DNA of 64,000 bases from Fibrobacteria bacterium (GTDB lineage: Bacteria > Fibrobacterota > Fibrobacteria > UBA11236). A program made the position numbers and the translations under genes. The notes beneath the pieces were generated by a model. That model had not been told where the DNA came from. It saw only the letters and a list, made by a program, of their open reading frames with translations, and searched no databases. Shown here piece by piece: positions 9,551-19,651 of this stretch (its first letter is position 1; every line of letters starts with the position of its first letter). The stretch spans positions 32,001 to 96,000 of the forward strand of contig JBGTHM010000100.1 of assembly GCA_041746255.1 (NCBI GenBank). The letters are read 5' to 3'.

Positions 9551-11638
9551 CTAAACGGCGAGGTGGCAGGCTACGCGTGAATTTCCCTCGAAATTCCGTA
9601 ACTCGGGCACTACCTGTTCGCATCGCGATTCCCGGCTTTCCAGATAAAGCGGACATCGGTTCCTGAAAGGGCATCCTTCGCGTAGCCGTACCGGTTCCGT
9701 GTCTGGATAGGTGGCCAGCAATGCTTGATGTGCCTGCTGGGCGTCTCCCGCCGGGACGGATGCCAACAGCAGCTTCGAATAGGGATGCCGCGCCGCCTCG
9801 GCTGTGAAGTTCCCGGCATCCGCCTCCTCCACCAGACGTCCCATGTACATCACCCCTATGCGTGAGGCCAAGAGCTTGACCATGGCCAGGTTGTGGGAGA
9901 TAAAGAGATAGGTCATTCCCAAATCACGTTGGAATCCGCTCAGCAACGCCAGTATCTGGGACTGGATGGCCAGATCAAGGCTGGCCACCGGCTCATCGCA
10001 AACCAGTACCGCCGGACGCGTCGCAATGGCCCTGGCTATGCAAACCCGTTGTTTCTCCCCCGAGCTGAGGTGGCTGGGGAATCTTTCCAGATAGGACTCA
10101 TCCAAACGGACTTGCCGTAACGATTCCAAAATACGCTCGCGCCTGGCACCCGGCTGCATTCCCTCGCGCTCCAAGCCTTCATGCAGCGTCTGACCGATGG
10201 TCATGCCGGAATTGAGTACCGCCTCCGGATGCTGGAACAGCATACGGATTTTTTTCCGCATGTTGCGCAGTTCTCCGGGAGCGGCCGAAAGCAGATTCTT
10301 CCCTTCAATCCAAACCTCACCCGCCTCGGGCCGTTGCAGGCCCAACAAGGCCAGCGCGAGCGTCGTCTTCCCCGAACCGCTCTCCCCCACCAACCCATAA
10401 GTGGTTCCCGCAGGTACTTCCAGCGAAACCTCGGCGACCGCTAAAAAGGGATCGCCTCCGCCCCCGAAACGCTTCCGAATCGAAATTGCACGTAAGGCGG
10501 GGACACTTCCGCTTCCCGTCTTTTCGGAAGCATCGGCTTGTGGAAGCGAATCGTTTAACGCCCGCAATTCCTTGGATTGCCCGGGGAAATGGCAGCGGCC
10601 GCCGCCGGTGACGCCCGGGGATTCAGAATCTACCCCGGATGAAAACCCGGGTTTTTCCTTCGCGCAGAGATTTTTTTCAGATTCGGTCAAGCTGCGCGAG
10701 TAAATCGCGCACATGTTCCGGTAGGCGCAACCAGGGCCCGCTTCCGGATTTCCCGGCGGCAGCACCGGCCTCTCTCCGAAACGGGCAAACGCCCCCAATA
10801 GTGAGGCGGTATACGGATGCTTCGGCGATTCCAGTACCTGTGCTGTCGGACCGCTTTCGACAATCCAGCCCTTGTGCATGACATAAACCCGACTGCATAT
10901 TTCACGAATGACGCCGATGTCATGCGAAATGAGCAGAACGCTCAATCCCTGGTCCCGGTTCAGGCTTCCCAAGAGCTGGAGCAGTTTGGCCTGGGTCGTT
11001 ACATCCAAGGCCGTGGTGGGTTCATCGGCGATCAAAAGGCGTGGCGATGCGCATAATGCCATGGCTATCATCACCCGTTGGGCCATACCGCCGCTGATTT
11101 GATGCGGGTACAGGTCCCAAAGCTTATCCGCTTCGGCCAGCCCCACATCCCGCAACGAAGCTTCTCCGCGGGTGCGGCGCGTGGCGACGGGAAACCCGTT
11201 TCTCCGCATCACCTCCGTCAGATGGTCGCCCACGGTATAGAAGGGATCCAGAGAGGCCTTCGGCTCCTGAAAAATGGCGGCGAGTTCGCGGCCCAGAAGG
11301 GGGGCGAGCAATTTGCGCTGGTCGCGTTGGAATTGGAAATGCCTTTTCCGAGTCCCATCCGAATTCTTGAGGTAATCTTCGGGTAAAGGGAAAAGCGATT
11401 TACCCGCCAACTCGGCACGCCCACCGATAATTCCGGGCTTGGCATCGAGAAGCCCCAGCAGGCTGAGGGCCAGGGTAGTTTTGCCGCTACCCGATTCCCC
11501 GATAAGGCCGACTACTTCCCCGGCACCGACGCGGAAATCGACGCCGTTGACGGCCTTTACGCTTTCAGTTCCCTCACCGAAAGTGATTCGGAGATCGGAA
11601 ACCACCAGGAGAGAGGGTGAAAAGTCATTTTCCTTCAC
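9551..11638 (-). CDS. Oligopeptide/dipeptide ABC transporter ATPase, fused DppD-DppF type (two NBDs)
   Basis: Two GESGSGKT Walker A motifs; ISGGM and LSSGE signatures; DEP Walker B; two HPY/Cys C-terminal extensions. Confidence 0.92.
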   Translation of the reverse strand: MKENDFSPSLLVVSDLRITFGEGTESVKAVNGVDFRVGAGEVVGLIGESGSGKTTLALSLLGLLDAKPGIIGGRAELAGKSLFPLPEDYLKNSDGTRKRHFQFQRDQRKLLAPLLGRELAAIFQEPKASLDPFYTVGDHLTEVMRRNGFPVATRRTRGEASLRDVGLAEADKLWDLYPHQISGGMAQRVMIAMALCASPRLLIADEPTTALDVTTQAKLLQLLGSLNRDQGLSVLLISHDIGVIREICSRVYVMHKGWIVESGPTAQVLESPKHPYTASLLGAFARFGERPVLPPGNPEAGPGCAYRNMCAIYSRSLTESEKNLCAKEKPGFSSGVDSESPGVTGGGRCHFPGQSKELRALNDSLPQADASEKTGSGSVPALRAISIRKRFGGGGDPFLAVAEVSLEVPAGTTYGLVGESGSGKTTLALALLGLQRPEAGEVWIEGKNLLSAAPGELRNMRKKIRMLFQHPEAVLNSGMTIGQTLHEGLEREGMQPGARRERILESLRQVRLDESYLERFPSHLSSGEKQRVCIARAIATRPAVLVCDEPVASLDLAIQSQILALLSGFQRDLGMTYLFISHNLAMVKLLASRIGVMYMGRLVEEADAGNFTAEAARHPYSKLLLASVPAGDAQQAHQALLATYPDTEPVRLREGCPFRNRCPLYLESRESRCEQVVPELRNFEGNSRVACHLAV

Positions 11639-12647
11639 GATATGCCATTCTCGCGCTCAATCCATCCCCGAGGTAAAAGAATCCGAGTATGGCCATCACG
11701 ATGGCCGCCGCGGGAAAAAAGGTGATCCAATAAATGCCGCTGAAAAAGGTCATCCGGCTGCCTTCGATGATATTTCCCCAGGAAACGTCGGGGGCTTTGG
11801 TTCCGAATTGCAAATAGCTCAAGGTGGTTTCCACCAGAATGGATTCAGCCATTACCAGCGCGAAATGAATGAACAACAAGGCCCGGTTCTGGTACCAGAA
11901 AATATGCTTGGTTAAAATGGAGATATCGTCCAACCCCCCTTCCCGGGCGGCAGTGACAAATCCCGAACCCGCTTGCGAACGCACCCGGCTGGCGATATGC
12001 TCTGATATGCGGGGAACCAGCGTCAATCCAAGCACCGCCATGATGTAATAGACATTGGGCGCCAAGGCGGAAATGACGACCAGAATGAGCACGAATCGCG
12101 GCAGGGACAACACCACTCCGCTGAAACCTCCCAACAAGGCGCTTGGCAAGCCTCCGTAGAATCCGGCGATAAGTCCGAGAGGCAAACCTACTCCCAGAGC
12201 CACCAGACAGGCCACCAGACCGGGAAGCAATGCGTTACGGGAGCCGGCCACAAGCAGTGCCATCATGTCGCGACCGTTGTTATCGGTACCTAGGATATGG
12301 CCTTGGGGTTTCGCCTCCGGCTCTTCCACGGGTTGCGAAAAACTATCCTCGTCCATCCGCAGGAAATCGAGTCCCCCTTCGGAGTCGGGAAGTTCATCTG
12401 TTCCGCTCTTGGGAATGCCGGCACGGTCTCTAGCCTTCAGCAATTCGCTTCCCCGTTCGGTGACCAGCACTGAGCGTAACCACCGCCACTCCGGCGGAGC
12501 CAGTATTTGTTCCAGGTCCATTTCGTCGTGGGCATAGGAAGTCAAATGCGGACCCGCTATCGCGGAGATAAGCAGTAGCAAAACCATGGAACCACCCAAA
12601 GTGATTCGCCAACCGCCCGGTTCCTGCAAAAATCGTCTCAAAGCCAT
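11625..12647 (-). CDS. Peptide ABC transporter permease (DppC/OppC type)
   Basis: HILGTDNNGRD, FVTAAREGG (EAA loop), LSYLQFG, SWG; several TM segments. Confidence 0.9.
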   Translation of the reverse strand: MALRRFLQEPGGWRITLGGSMVLLLLISAIAGPHLTSYAHDEMDLEQILAPPEWRWLRSVLVTERGSELLKARDRAGIPKSGTDELPDSEGGLDFLRMDEDSFSQPVEEPEAKPQGHILGTDNNGRDMMALLVAGSRNALLPGLVACLVALGVGLPLGLIAGFYGGLPSALLGGFSGVVLSLPRFVLILVVISALAPNVYYIMAVLGLTLVPRISEHIASRVRSQAGSGFVTAAREGGLDDISILTKHIFWYQNRALLFIHFALVMAESILVETTLSYLQFGTKAPDVSWGNIIEGSRMTFFSGIYWITFFPAAAIVMAILGFFYLGDGLSARMAYREGK

Positions 12648-12648
12648 C

Positions 12649-13557
12649 TCAGCTCCGCCTCCGGGGGTCGAGCCAATAGGCCAGAAAATCATTGGCGAGC
12701 ATGAATGAACGCACCGCCAAGGCCATGAAAATGGTTATTCCCATCACGACATAGAAATCGCGTTTCAATGTCGCTTCCCAACTCAGCCACCCCAGTCCAT
12801 GGAAGTTGAATATTCTTTCCACTACGACCACGCCTCCGAGTAACACCGCCAGGTTGGCTACCACGATGCTGAACATGGGCAATACCATCGATTTGAAGAA
12901 ATGGCGGAATAGCGAAGCCCCCCGGGCGCGGGCGGCTTGTATGAAATAGGCTCCGTTCAGCCCCTGCACTTCCATGGCTATGAAGCGCACAAACTGTCCC
13001 ATGGTGCCGTTGCCGATGGCCAGCACGGCTATTGGGAGAATATAATAACCGACCCAGGGCCAGAATCGGAAAGGGCCCTCCGGAGGAGTGGTTACATAAA
13101 ACTCGAAGACTCCGAAAACCACTGCGAGTACCATATAACCCAGTACGAAAACCGGTACCGACGAAACCGTATAAACGACCAACCCCGCCAACTTGCCCCA
13201 ACGCGAGTTGGGATGCAAGCCCAGCATTACCCCCATGGGGAGCGCAATCAGAAACGATAAGAATAAGGATCCGAAGGTCAGCAAAACGGTCGGTGGAGCG
13301 TAGCGGGCCAGCAGTTGGCTGACGGGCGTACCATCCACCAAGGATAGGCCGAAGTCGGCGTGAAGAAAATCGCTCAACCATAGAACGAAGCGCAACGGCA
13401 GGGGCTTATCGAGATGGAGCCTCTCCGCCGTGGCAGGCGCGAGGTTATGGATTTCCGCGATATTGCCGGGAGTGAGCCCAATAATGAAAAATACGAGAAC
13501 GGCCACGCAAAGCAGCGAGCCGGTAAACAGGACAATGGTACGAATTGCAAATTTCAT
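12649..13557 (-). CDS. Peptide ABC transporter permease (DppB/OppB type)
   Basis: PG..LHLDKPL, DFGLS, FIQAARARG, VERIF..GLG, LDPR at the C-terminus. Confidence 0.92.
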   Translation of the reverse strand: MKFAIRTIVLFTGSLLCVAVLVFFIIGLTPGNIAEIHNLAPATAERLHLDKPLPLRFVLWLSDFLHADFGLSLVDGTPVSQLLARYAPPTVLLTFGSLFLSFLIALPMGVMLGLHPNSRWGKLAGLVVYTVSSVPVFVLGYMVLAVVFGVFEFYVTTPPEGPFRFWPWVGYYILPIAVLAIGNGTMGQFVRFIAMEVQGLNGAYFIQAARARGASLFRHFFKSMVLPMFSIVVANLAVLLGGVVVVERIFNFHGLGWLSWEATLKRDFYVVMGITIFMALAVRSFMLANDFLAYWLDPRRRS

Positions 13558-13596
13558 GCGGCATAACAGGCCCTGTCAAAGCGGATGGCTTTGGAT

Positions 13597-14010
13597 TCAG
13601 GGGCTGGACTTGAAGATTTTTTCGCCGATTCCGCTGGGATTATTGGCCGGCATGCCACCTTCAAGCATGGCTTCCTTGGCATCGACTTCTCGCGATAACC
13701 GCAAAAGGATGTTTTCGTTCTTCCCCTTTTTGGGTTGATAGGAACGGACATATCCCATGTTGCCGTCGTCGTCCTCGGCTATCAGGGTATATTCATTCCC
13801 TTCCACCACGTTGGCCCGCAAAACGAAATTACCGTTCTTGGTGACTTTGACGCTTTCGGTACGCGGTGCGGTATAAACAATGACATTCGCGTTATCCAGT
13901 TGCGTACCGTCCGGTTTGACCACCCTTCCGCTCATGGTGGTGCCGCAGGCGGTAAGTAATAAAGCGGTCGATATTCCGAAGAGTACGATTCTGATTGATC
14001 GGATTTTCAT
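13597..14010 (-). CDS. Lipoprotein with carboxypeptidase-regulatory-like beta-sandwich
   Basis: LTAC lipobox; SGRVVKPDG..NANV..NGNFVL pattern. Confidence 0.7.
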   Translation of the reverse strand: MKIRSIRIVLFGISTALLLTACGTTMSGRVVKPDGTQLDNANVIVYTAPRTESVKVTKNGNFVLRANVVEGNEYTLIAEDDDGNMGYVRSYQPKKGKNENILLRLSREVDAKEAMLEGGMPANNPSGIGEKIFKSSP

Positions 14011-14015
14011 TACAA

Positions 14016-15641
14016 CTAGTCCCTTTCGTCTTCCGGAATAAACCATTCATTCACGAAGGTGAAGAAACGGTAGGGATGAACGACCACTTTCTTGACTTTA
14101 TTGTCGATAGCGGCGTTCTTTTCCAAAGTCCAGAGAAATGTATAAGGGCTTTCATCCGCCAGAATCTCATGAAGCTCGTAATTGATTCGGCGCCGAACCT
14201 CATGGTTGATGGTATTGTTGAATTTATCCAGCAAGGCGTCAATTTTAGGGTTTCCATAGGAAATGAAATTATCGCCTAACGGCGGAGTGCTCTTGCTCGA
14301 ATGGAAAAGTGAAGAGATGTCGGAGGAGTTATCGAAAAGCCATTCGCCGAACACAATGTCGAAATCGTGCTTGCCCTTGACTTCCTCTTTCCACTTCTCG
14401 TATTCCCTATGCTGCAAGTCTACCACCACCCCCAGGGCTTTCAGATAGTTCTGGAAGCGCAGACAAACCGAAAGTCCGCCTTCATTTCCGCTGTAGATGG
14501 GTATCTTCAACGTGAAACGCAACGGCTTGCCGTTGTGCTCGACAATGCCGTCTCCATCGGTGTCACGTATGCCGGCTTTTGCGAGTAGGGACTTGGCCTT
14601 CGCAAGATCGAATACCCAGGGTTCCACGTCCGGATTATAACCCCAGGATGCGGGCGAAAAGGGTCCCGAGATAATCTCGCCTTTTCCGAAATAGATGTCT
14701 TCCAGCATTTTCCGCCGGTCGATGGCGAGGGAAAATGCCTGCCGCACCTCCTTGATGCGAAGAATCGGATTCTTATGGTTGTACCCGAAAAAAGCGAAGG
14801 CAAGGGAGTTATAGGGAATGATGGAAAACTTGCCGGTATTGGCAATTTCCGCGATTTTTCCTGGAGGTACCTCCACGACCATTTCGATGGCATTGAGGAG
14901 CAGGCTCTGAACCAACAGGGACATTTCCGGCTGATAAGCCATCTTGATCTCACCGATATTAGCGGACTTGTTATAGTGATCCGGAAATGCCTTGAGGATG
15001 ACGTCGCGGTTACGGGTCTCACGATCGAATTTATAATAACCCGTCCCTATCGGGTTTTTCGAGAATTTCGAAAATTTAGTGAGGGCGGTTTTCCCGTCCA
15101 ATGCATGAGAAGGTATGATTTTGAAAAGGAAGCGCCGTTCCGGCTCGGCTACGCTCGTTGCGAAATCGAACCGGATGACATGGTCGCCCAGCACAGTCAC
15201 TTTTTCAATGATATCGAGAGCTTGGCGGCTTTCGGGTCGGACGTCGGACATCGTATTGGCGATGACGTCATAGGTGAATTTTACGTCTTTGGCGGTAAAG
15301 GGCTTTCCGTCATGCCATTTAACGTCTTTACGGAGATAGAACGTGATACGGCGATTGCCATTGAAAACATTCCACTTTTCGGCGAGACGGCCCTTCACTT
15401 CGCCTTTGTAATCGATGAAGACCAACGACTCGAATAAAAGCTCGGAAAGTCGCAACGATGTCTCGTTATCCGAAGTGGTTATGGGATCGTACGTATCGGG
15501 CAGAACCGGTTCCGCATAAGTCAGGTTTCCGCCCTTAGCCGCCCCATCCGCGTATGCGATGAGGAGAAGCGGTGCTACCCAAAGAAAACATTTGTCGAGA
15601 TTCCGTTTTTGCATAATAATTTTCGTGGATTGACGAACCAT
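14016..15641 (-). CDS. ABC transporter substrate-binding protein, family 5 (OppA/DppA-like)
   Basis: LAEKW, LRKDVKWHDGKPFTAKDVKFT, PIGTG.Y, VRQAFSLAIDR; signal peptide; GGAG RBS before ATG at 15641. Confidence 0.93.
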   Translation of the reverse strand: MVRQSTKIIMQKRNLDKCFLWVAPLLLIAYADGAAKGGNLTYAEPVLPDTYDPITTSDNETSLRLSELLFESLVFIDYKGEVKGRLAEKWNVFNGNRRITFYLRKDVKWHDGKPFTAKDVKFTYDVIANTMSDVRPESRQALDIIEKVTVLGDHVIRFDFATSVAEPERRFLFKIIPSHALDGKTALTKFSKFSKNPIGTGYYKFDRETRNRDVILKAFPDHYNKSANIGEIKMAYQPEMSLLVQSLLLNAIEMVVEVPPGKIAEIANTGKFSIIPYNSLAFAFFGYNHKNPILRIKEVRQAFSLAIDRRKMLEDIYFGKGEIISGPFSPASWGYNPDVEPWVFDLAKAKSLLAKAGIRDTDGDGIVEHNGKPLRFTLKIPIYSGNEGGLSVCLRFQNYLKALGVVVDLQHREYEKWKEEVKGKHDFDIVFGEWLFDNSSDISSLFHSSKSTPPLGDNFISYGNPKIDALLDKFNNTINHEVRRRINYELHEILADESPYTFLWTLEKNAAIDNKVKKVVVHPYRFFTFVNEWFIPEDERD

Positions 15642-15693
15642 TTTTACTCCGGTTTCCGATTTCAATCAGCCTTCGGGCCTACCGCGACCAAGC

Positions 15694-17109
15694 CTATCCA
15701 CCCTTCCTGAATATTTTTTGGGATTCATAACCTCTGGCCAAAGCCGCCGAAATTCCTTGCATGCTGTAATACATTTGACGGCAGGCCGGAAATTCCCTTT
15801 GCAAGTGGTAGAGTGTTTCAACAACTTCTTCATAACGCAATTTATTGGTTCGGAACAGGGCATGCGCGTATTCCGCCATGAATTCGGGATCGATTTGGTC
15901 GATGCGATTACGGAATTCAATTTTATAGCCTTGCGAATACCGGGCCACCGCCTCCTCACTTTTCCCTTGCGCGAGCAGAATCCCGCCCCATACCCGGTGA
16001 TACGGAGGAGTATTTCTTTCCCGTGCGGCCTCGGAGGCCCATTTAAGCCCCTTGGCCAAATCCAATCCGTGGTCCAGATAGGCCTGGGCAACCTCCCGCT
16101 TGATGACGGGTGAGGCGCCTTGTCCGACTTTTTCCAGGATAGCCTCTGCTTCGTTCGCTTTACCCTGCCTGGCCAAAAGGCGGGCGCTGAGAATTTGTCC
16201 TTCGGGAGTACGATTATTCCCCAAGTATTTCTCGGCAGCATCCAATTGGTTGAGTCGCAAGGAAATTTCCGTCAAAGCCAAATCGGTACCGAACCGGGAG
16301 GCCAAGGTACGAAACCGGCGTTCATTATCAAGTATCAGTAAATTCGTGGCCTTGGCCAGGGCGAAATAGCCTTCGGACAATGTGGCCATGAGCAAGGGGT
16401 CGTAAAAATTTATTTGGGTATTCTTACCCTTGTCGAAATAAACTTCTGGTGTATGCGCCGCATTAAGCACCGGCAGCAAAAGTTTATCCAATTCACGGAT
16501 ATCGATCTCCTCCGAGCTCAGGTAAATTTGCACTCGGCACCGGTAGGAACGCGGAGAAACTACTTTCAGGTTTGCGGGAATCTTTCCATACGCGACTCCC
16601 CCAAGTTCAAGCGATTGCCAGGCGGCAGCATTATCCTCGGTTGAAAAAGCCCAGGGTTTTGCCTGGGCACCCAATTTACGATTCACATGGTAGAGATATA
16701 CCTCTCCCATGTTTTTAGCGGAAGGCGTTAAATCGTTTGACTTTAATGCCGTCTGCAAGGATTTTTGGGCCCCTTGCATATCTCCGGTATAAAACTGGAT
16801 TTGGGCCAGATAAATCTGGGCCATGGGAATTTTCAGATCCGGGGACATGGAGGTATAATACTCTTCCATCAGAATCATGGAAAAATCGTGGAATTCGGCG
16901 TAAAGGCTTCCCAGACCCTGGTAGGCCAGCGCTTGACCTTTCAAGGCACGCATCCCGTTCGCGTCCATTTTGTCGATATTGATCTGCTTGCTCCACTGTT
17001 CCACAGCTTCTAAGTAGCGGTGGCGCTTAAGCAATTCCAATGGATTGGCGAACAAGCCCCAAGCCGAGAAAAGCAGTATCGAGAATGCCTTATTACTTGA
17101 AAATGTCAT
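15694..17109 (-). CDS. Exported TPR-repeat protein
   Basis: Signal peptide (ILLFSAWGLFA); TPR-like helices such as YLAQIQFYTGD and LLARQGKANEA. Confidence 0.75.
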   Translation of the reverse strand: MTFSSNKAFSILLFSAWGLFANPLELLKRHRYLEAVEQWSKQINIDKMDANGMRALKGQALAYQGLGSLYAEFHDFSMILMEEYYTSMSPDLKIPMAQIYLAQIQFYTGDMQGAQKSLQTALKSNDLTPSAKNMGEVYLYHVNRKLGAQAKPWAFSTEDNAAAWQSLELGGVAYGKIPANLKVVSPRSYRCRVQIYLSSEEIDIRELDKLLLPVLNAAHTPEVYFDKGKNTQINFYDPLLMATLSEGYFALAKATNLLILDNERRFRTLASRFGTDLALTEISLRLNQLDAAEKYLGNNRTPEGQILSARLLARQGKANEAEAILEKVGQGASPVIKREVAQAYLDHGLDLAKGLKWASEAARERNTPPYHRVWGGILLAQGKSEEAVARYSQGYKIEFRNRIDQIDPEFMAEYAHALFRTNKLRYEEVVETLYHLQREFPACRQMYYSMQGISAALARGYESQKIFRKGG

Positions 17110-18385
17110 ATTGCTCGTAATTGATTTTCTGTGCACCCACCCGGACATCGGCCCCAATCAAGACGGAGGCGAAGATTTGGAACTCCACGCCTTGCTGACC
17201 TGCGAAAAGAATAATGGGGTGATTCGGCAGGGCGACGACATCGCGATGGATGCTCGACTCGGTGGTAATGGTAGCCCGTTTATAATTCTGATCGTAAAGC
17301 CATTTTTCCAGATTGACAACTTCCAGAGGATTCATGCGCACCGCTTCCCGTTTCGCATAGACCAAGGCCCGCGAGCCCGGCAGCCAGGTGGGGCCGCTAT
17401 AACTGCTGGGAAACACGTTCTCAGCGATTTTGGGTGTGCTCCCATACAAATCCGCGACCTCAACCAAGTGGCCCTGGGGATCGATTTTCAATTGCATGAC
17501 TCCGATATCAACGACACGGTCCTTCAAATCGTTGGAGATCTGGTACGCCACGAAATGCCCGTCGAATGACCAGGAAGGATGACTTTTGTTATTCGTAACC
17601 TGGTTATTGAACACCAGTACCTTGTTTTTATCATTGAAATCCATCAAAGCGATGGTGTACTGTCCCCGCTTTCGGGTCCCACTGGTTCTGGCCGTGTAAG
17701 CCAAAAACCTCCCGTTCGGCGAAAAAACGGGAAACATCTCCTCCCCGGGGCTTTGCGTCAGCCGAATGAATTCCTTTTTCGGCTCACGTTTAAGGTTGGT
17801 ACCGAAAAATTGCGTGACATCTTTAACCATGTAAATGTCTCCGTCGCCGGTGCGGGCGGAAACCCAAATAAGTGATTTTCCATCGGGTGACCATTTCGGG
17901 CTCGCGTCCACTTCCGGGTCGAAGGTAAGCCGGGTATGTATTTCGGACCCAACGGCGCCCAGGTAGATGTCATGGTTGTTCACCCCGCCCGCACTGACAT
18001 AGGCGTAATATTGCACGCCATTATGCAGAACCGGGCTCCATTCCAATTCGTCTTCATAGCCTTTAAAAAGCCATTCCTCTTCCATGTCCAGGTCTTCAAT
18101 ATTCTGCTTTTTGGCAACCGGAGTGATTTGCTGCAGTTCCTTGCGCTTCGAATCATAAAGCCAGAGCTGGCGGTTGTCTCTGACTTGCCGAACAAACGAA
18201 ATGAAATTGACGAAGTTGGTGCTGATCTTGGGATGAAACAGCTGCCCGGAAAGCTTGGGGTCGGAACTGGAAACCACCACCACGGTTTTCGAGGCGTCGG
18301 TAGCGTCAGCCGCCGCATCCTGAACACCGAATAGCATGACCGTCAAAACCAGGAGGAATAGAGGCGAAGAATATTTTTTTTTCAT
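17093..18385 (-). CDS. TolB-like PD40 beta-propeller protein
   Basis: Signal peptide; PKWSPDGK, PVFSPNGR, PSWSFDGH, PTWLPGS repeats; no TolB N-terminal domain evident. Confidence 0.8.
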   Translation of the reverse strand: MKKKYSSPLFLLVLTVMLFGVQDAAADATDASKTVVVVSSSDPKLSGQLFHPKISTNFVNFISFVRQVRDNRQLWLYDSKRKELQQITPVAKKQNIEDLDMEEEWLFKGYEDELEWSPVLHNGVQYYAYVSAGGVNNHDIYLGAVGSEIHTRLTFDPEVDASPKWSPDGKSLIWVSARTGDGDIYMVKDVTQFFGTNLKREPKKEFIRLTQSPGEEMFPVFSPNGRFLAYTARTSGTRKRGQYTIALMDFNDKNKVLVFNNQVTNNKSHPSWSFDGHFVAYQISNDLKDRVVDIGVMQLKIDPQGHLVEVADLYGSTPKIAENVFPSSYSGPTWLPGSRALVYAKREAVRMNPLEVVNLEKWLYDQNYKRATITTESSIHRDVVALPNHPIILFAGQQGVEFQIFASVLIGADVRVGAQKINYEQYDIFK

Positions 18386-18401
18386 GCCGTGCATCCGATG
18401 A

Positions 18402-19616
18402 CTAAGTGGTACCCAGGCTCTTGAGGTAGTTTTCCGCCTTGACGTTGTCCTGCTTGAATTTATCATTCGAGGAATACCAGACAAGGTAGTCCTTCCATTT
18501 CAGGACGGCCTGTTGCTGATAGAATTTTTGTTTATCCGGATCGGTTGAGCTGCGGTACATCCGCGTCCATGCCAATGCCCAAAAATAGCGGGTACGCTGC
18601 ATGACGTCGTCGAACAATTCAGGTTCAATGAAGCTTTGGTCGCGAACGACGGCTTCGAAAGCCCGATGCGCCTTAGCGTATTGCTTTAGTTCCACATAGC
18701 AAATCCCTTGATTCATGCTTGCGACCGGATGATATCGCTCATACTCCAACACGGTATTGTACGCGGCGGCCGCTTCGCTGAGACGACCGGTTTGCTGAAG
18801 CGAGAGCCCACGGAAGTAATTGGCTTTGACGTACTCGTCACGCTCGGGGTTGCCCCTTTGCTTGGTGGTAGGTTTGGGAATGTTCGCAAATAATTTTACC
18901 GCGTTATGAAAGTCATTTTGACGGTAGGCTGCAACTCCCATGGCGAATGCCGGCGTACCGACACCCTCGGTTCCGGGTTTCGGTGCGGATTCCGGCGCGC
19001 TTTTCAGTTTGGCGCGCGCGTCTTCCGAAATTTCTGGAGCGGCGGGCATAGGCAAGTCTTCCGGCTGGAATACCGGAGGGGGTTTGCTGGGTTCAGGCGA
19101 TGTCATGGCCAGCTTTTCCGGCTGGACAGTCGGTGTAGACTCCGCTTTTTCAACCGTTTTGGGCGGCTCCGGAGCTTTTGGTGCGGGAGGTTGATTCGGA
19201 ACCGGCGTCGCCTCTGCGCGCGGGGTGGGTACGGGCGTCACTTCAGCTTTAGGGGCGGGAGGGGGGGCCTTTTCGATCGGAGGACTGTACTCGCTGCGCG
19301 GTGTGGGAGTGGCTTGCGGGCTGGGAGGGGGGCCTTGCAGGGATGGCTTGTTCGGTTCCGGGGTCTCTTGCGGGATGGATTCGATATAGGGATCTTCAAA
19401 GCGCGTCGGACTTTCGGGAAAGGACGTCTCCATCTGGCTGGTCAGCGCGCTTTTGATACGCTCCGCGTTTCTCCGTTTTTCCAGCTCGATCCAGCCCCAG
19501 ACAATCGCGCCGACGAGCAGAATGGCTACAACTATCACTATCGAAATCAGTTGATTTCTTTTTTTTCGCTTGGCCGAAGCTTCGGTATAATTGAAATCGG
19601 AGTCGGTCATTTTCAT
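18402..19616 (-). CDS. Membrane-anchored protein with Pro-rich linker and C-terminal TPRs
   Basis: KRKKR plus a TM helix, about 150 aa of P/E/K/A-rich linker, then TPR helices (YFRGLSL..GRL.EA, QGICY.ELKQY). Confidence 0.8.
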   Translation of the reverse strand: MKMTDSDFNYTEASAKRKKRNQLISIVIVVAILLVGAIVWGWIELEKRRNAERIKSALTSQMETSFPESPTRFEDPYIESIPQETPEPNKPSLQGPPPSPQATPTPRSEYSPPIEKAPPPAPKAEVTPVPTPRAEATPVPNQPPAPKAPEPPKTVEKAESTPTVQPEKLAMTSPEPSKPPPVFQPEDLPMPAAPEISEDARAKLKSAPESAPKPGTEGVGTPAFAMGVAAYRQNDFHNAVKLFANIPKPTTKQRGNPERDEYVKANYFRGLSLQQTGRLSEAAAAYNTVLEYERYHPVASMNQGICYVELKQYAKAHRAFEAVVRDQSFIEPELFDDVMQRTRYFWALAWTRMYRSSTDPDKQKFYQQQAVLKWKDYLVWYSSNDKFKQDNVKAENYLKSLGTT

Positions 19617-19651
19617 GTTTCCCGTGTAAATCGTATACAGGCTTATTCAGT

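Noticed and set aside
17093..19616. Canonical Tol-Pal or TonB system
   Set aside because: No tolQ/tolR/exbB/exbD/pal genes, and the Pro-rich protein lacks both the TM His motif and a TonB/TolA C-domain.
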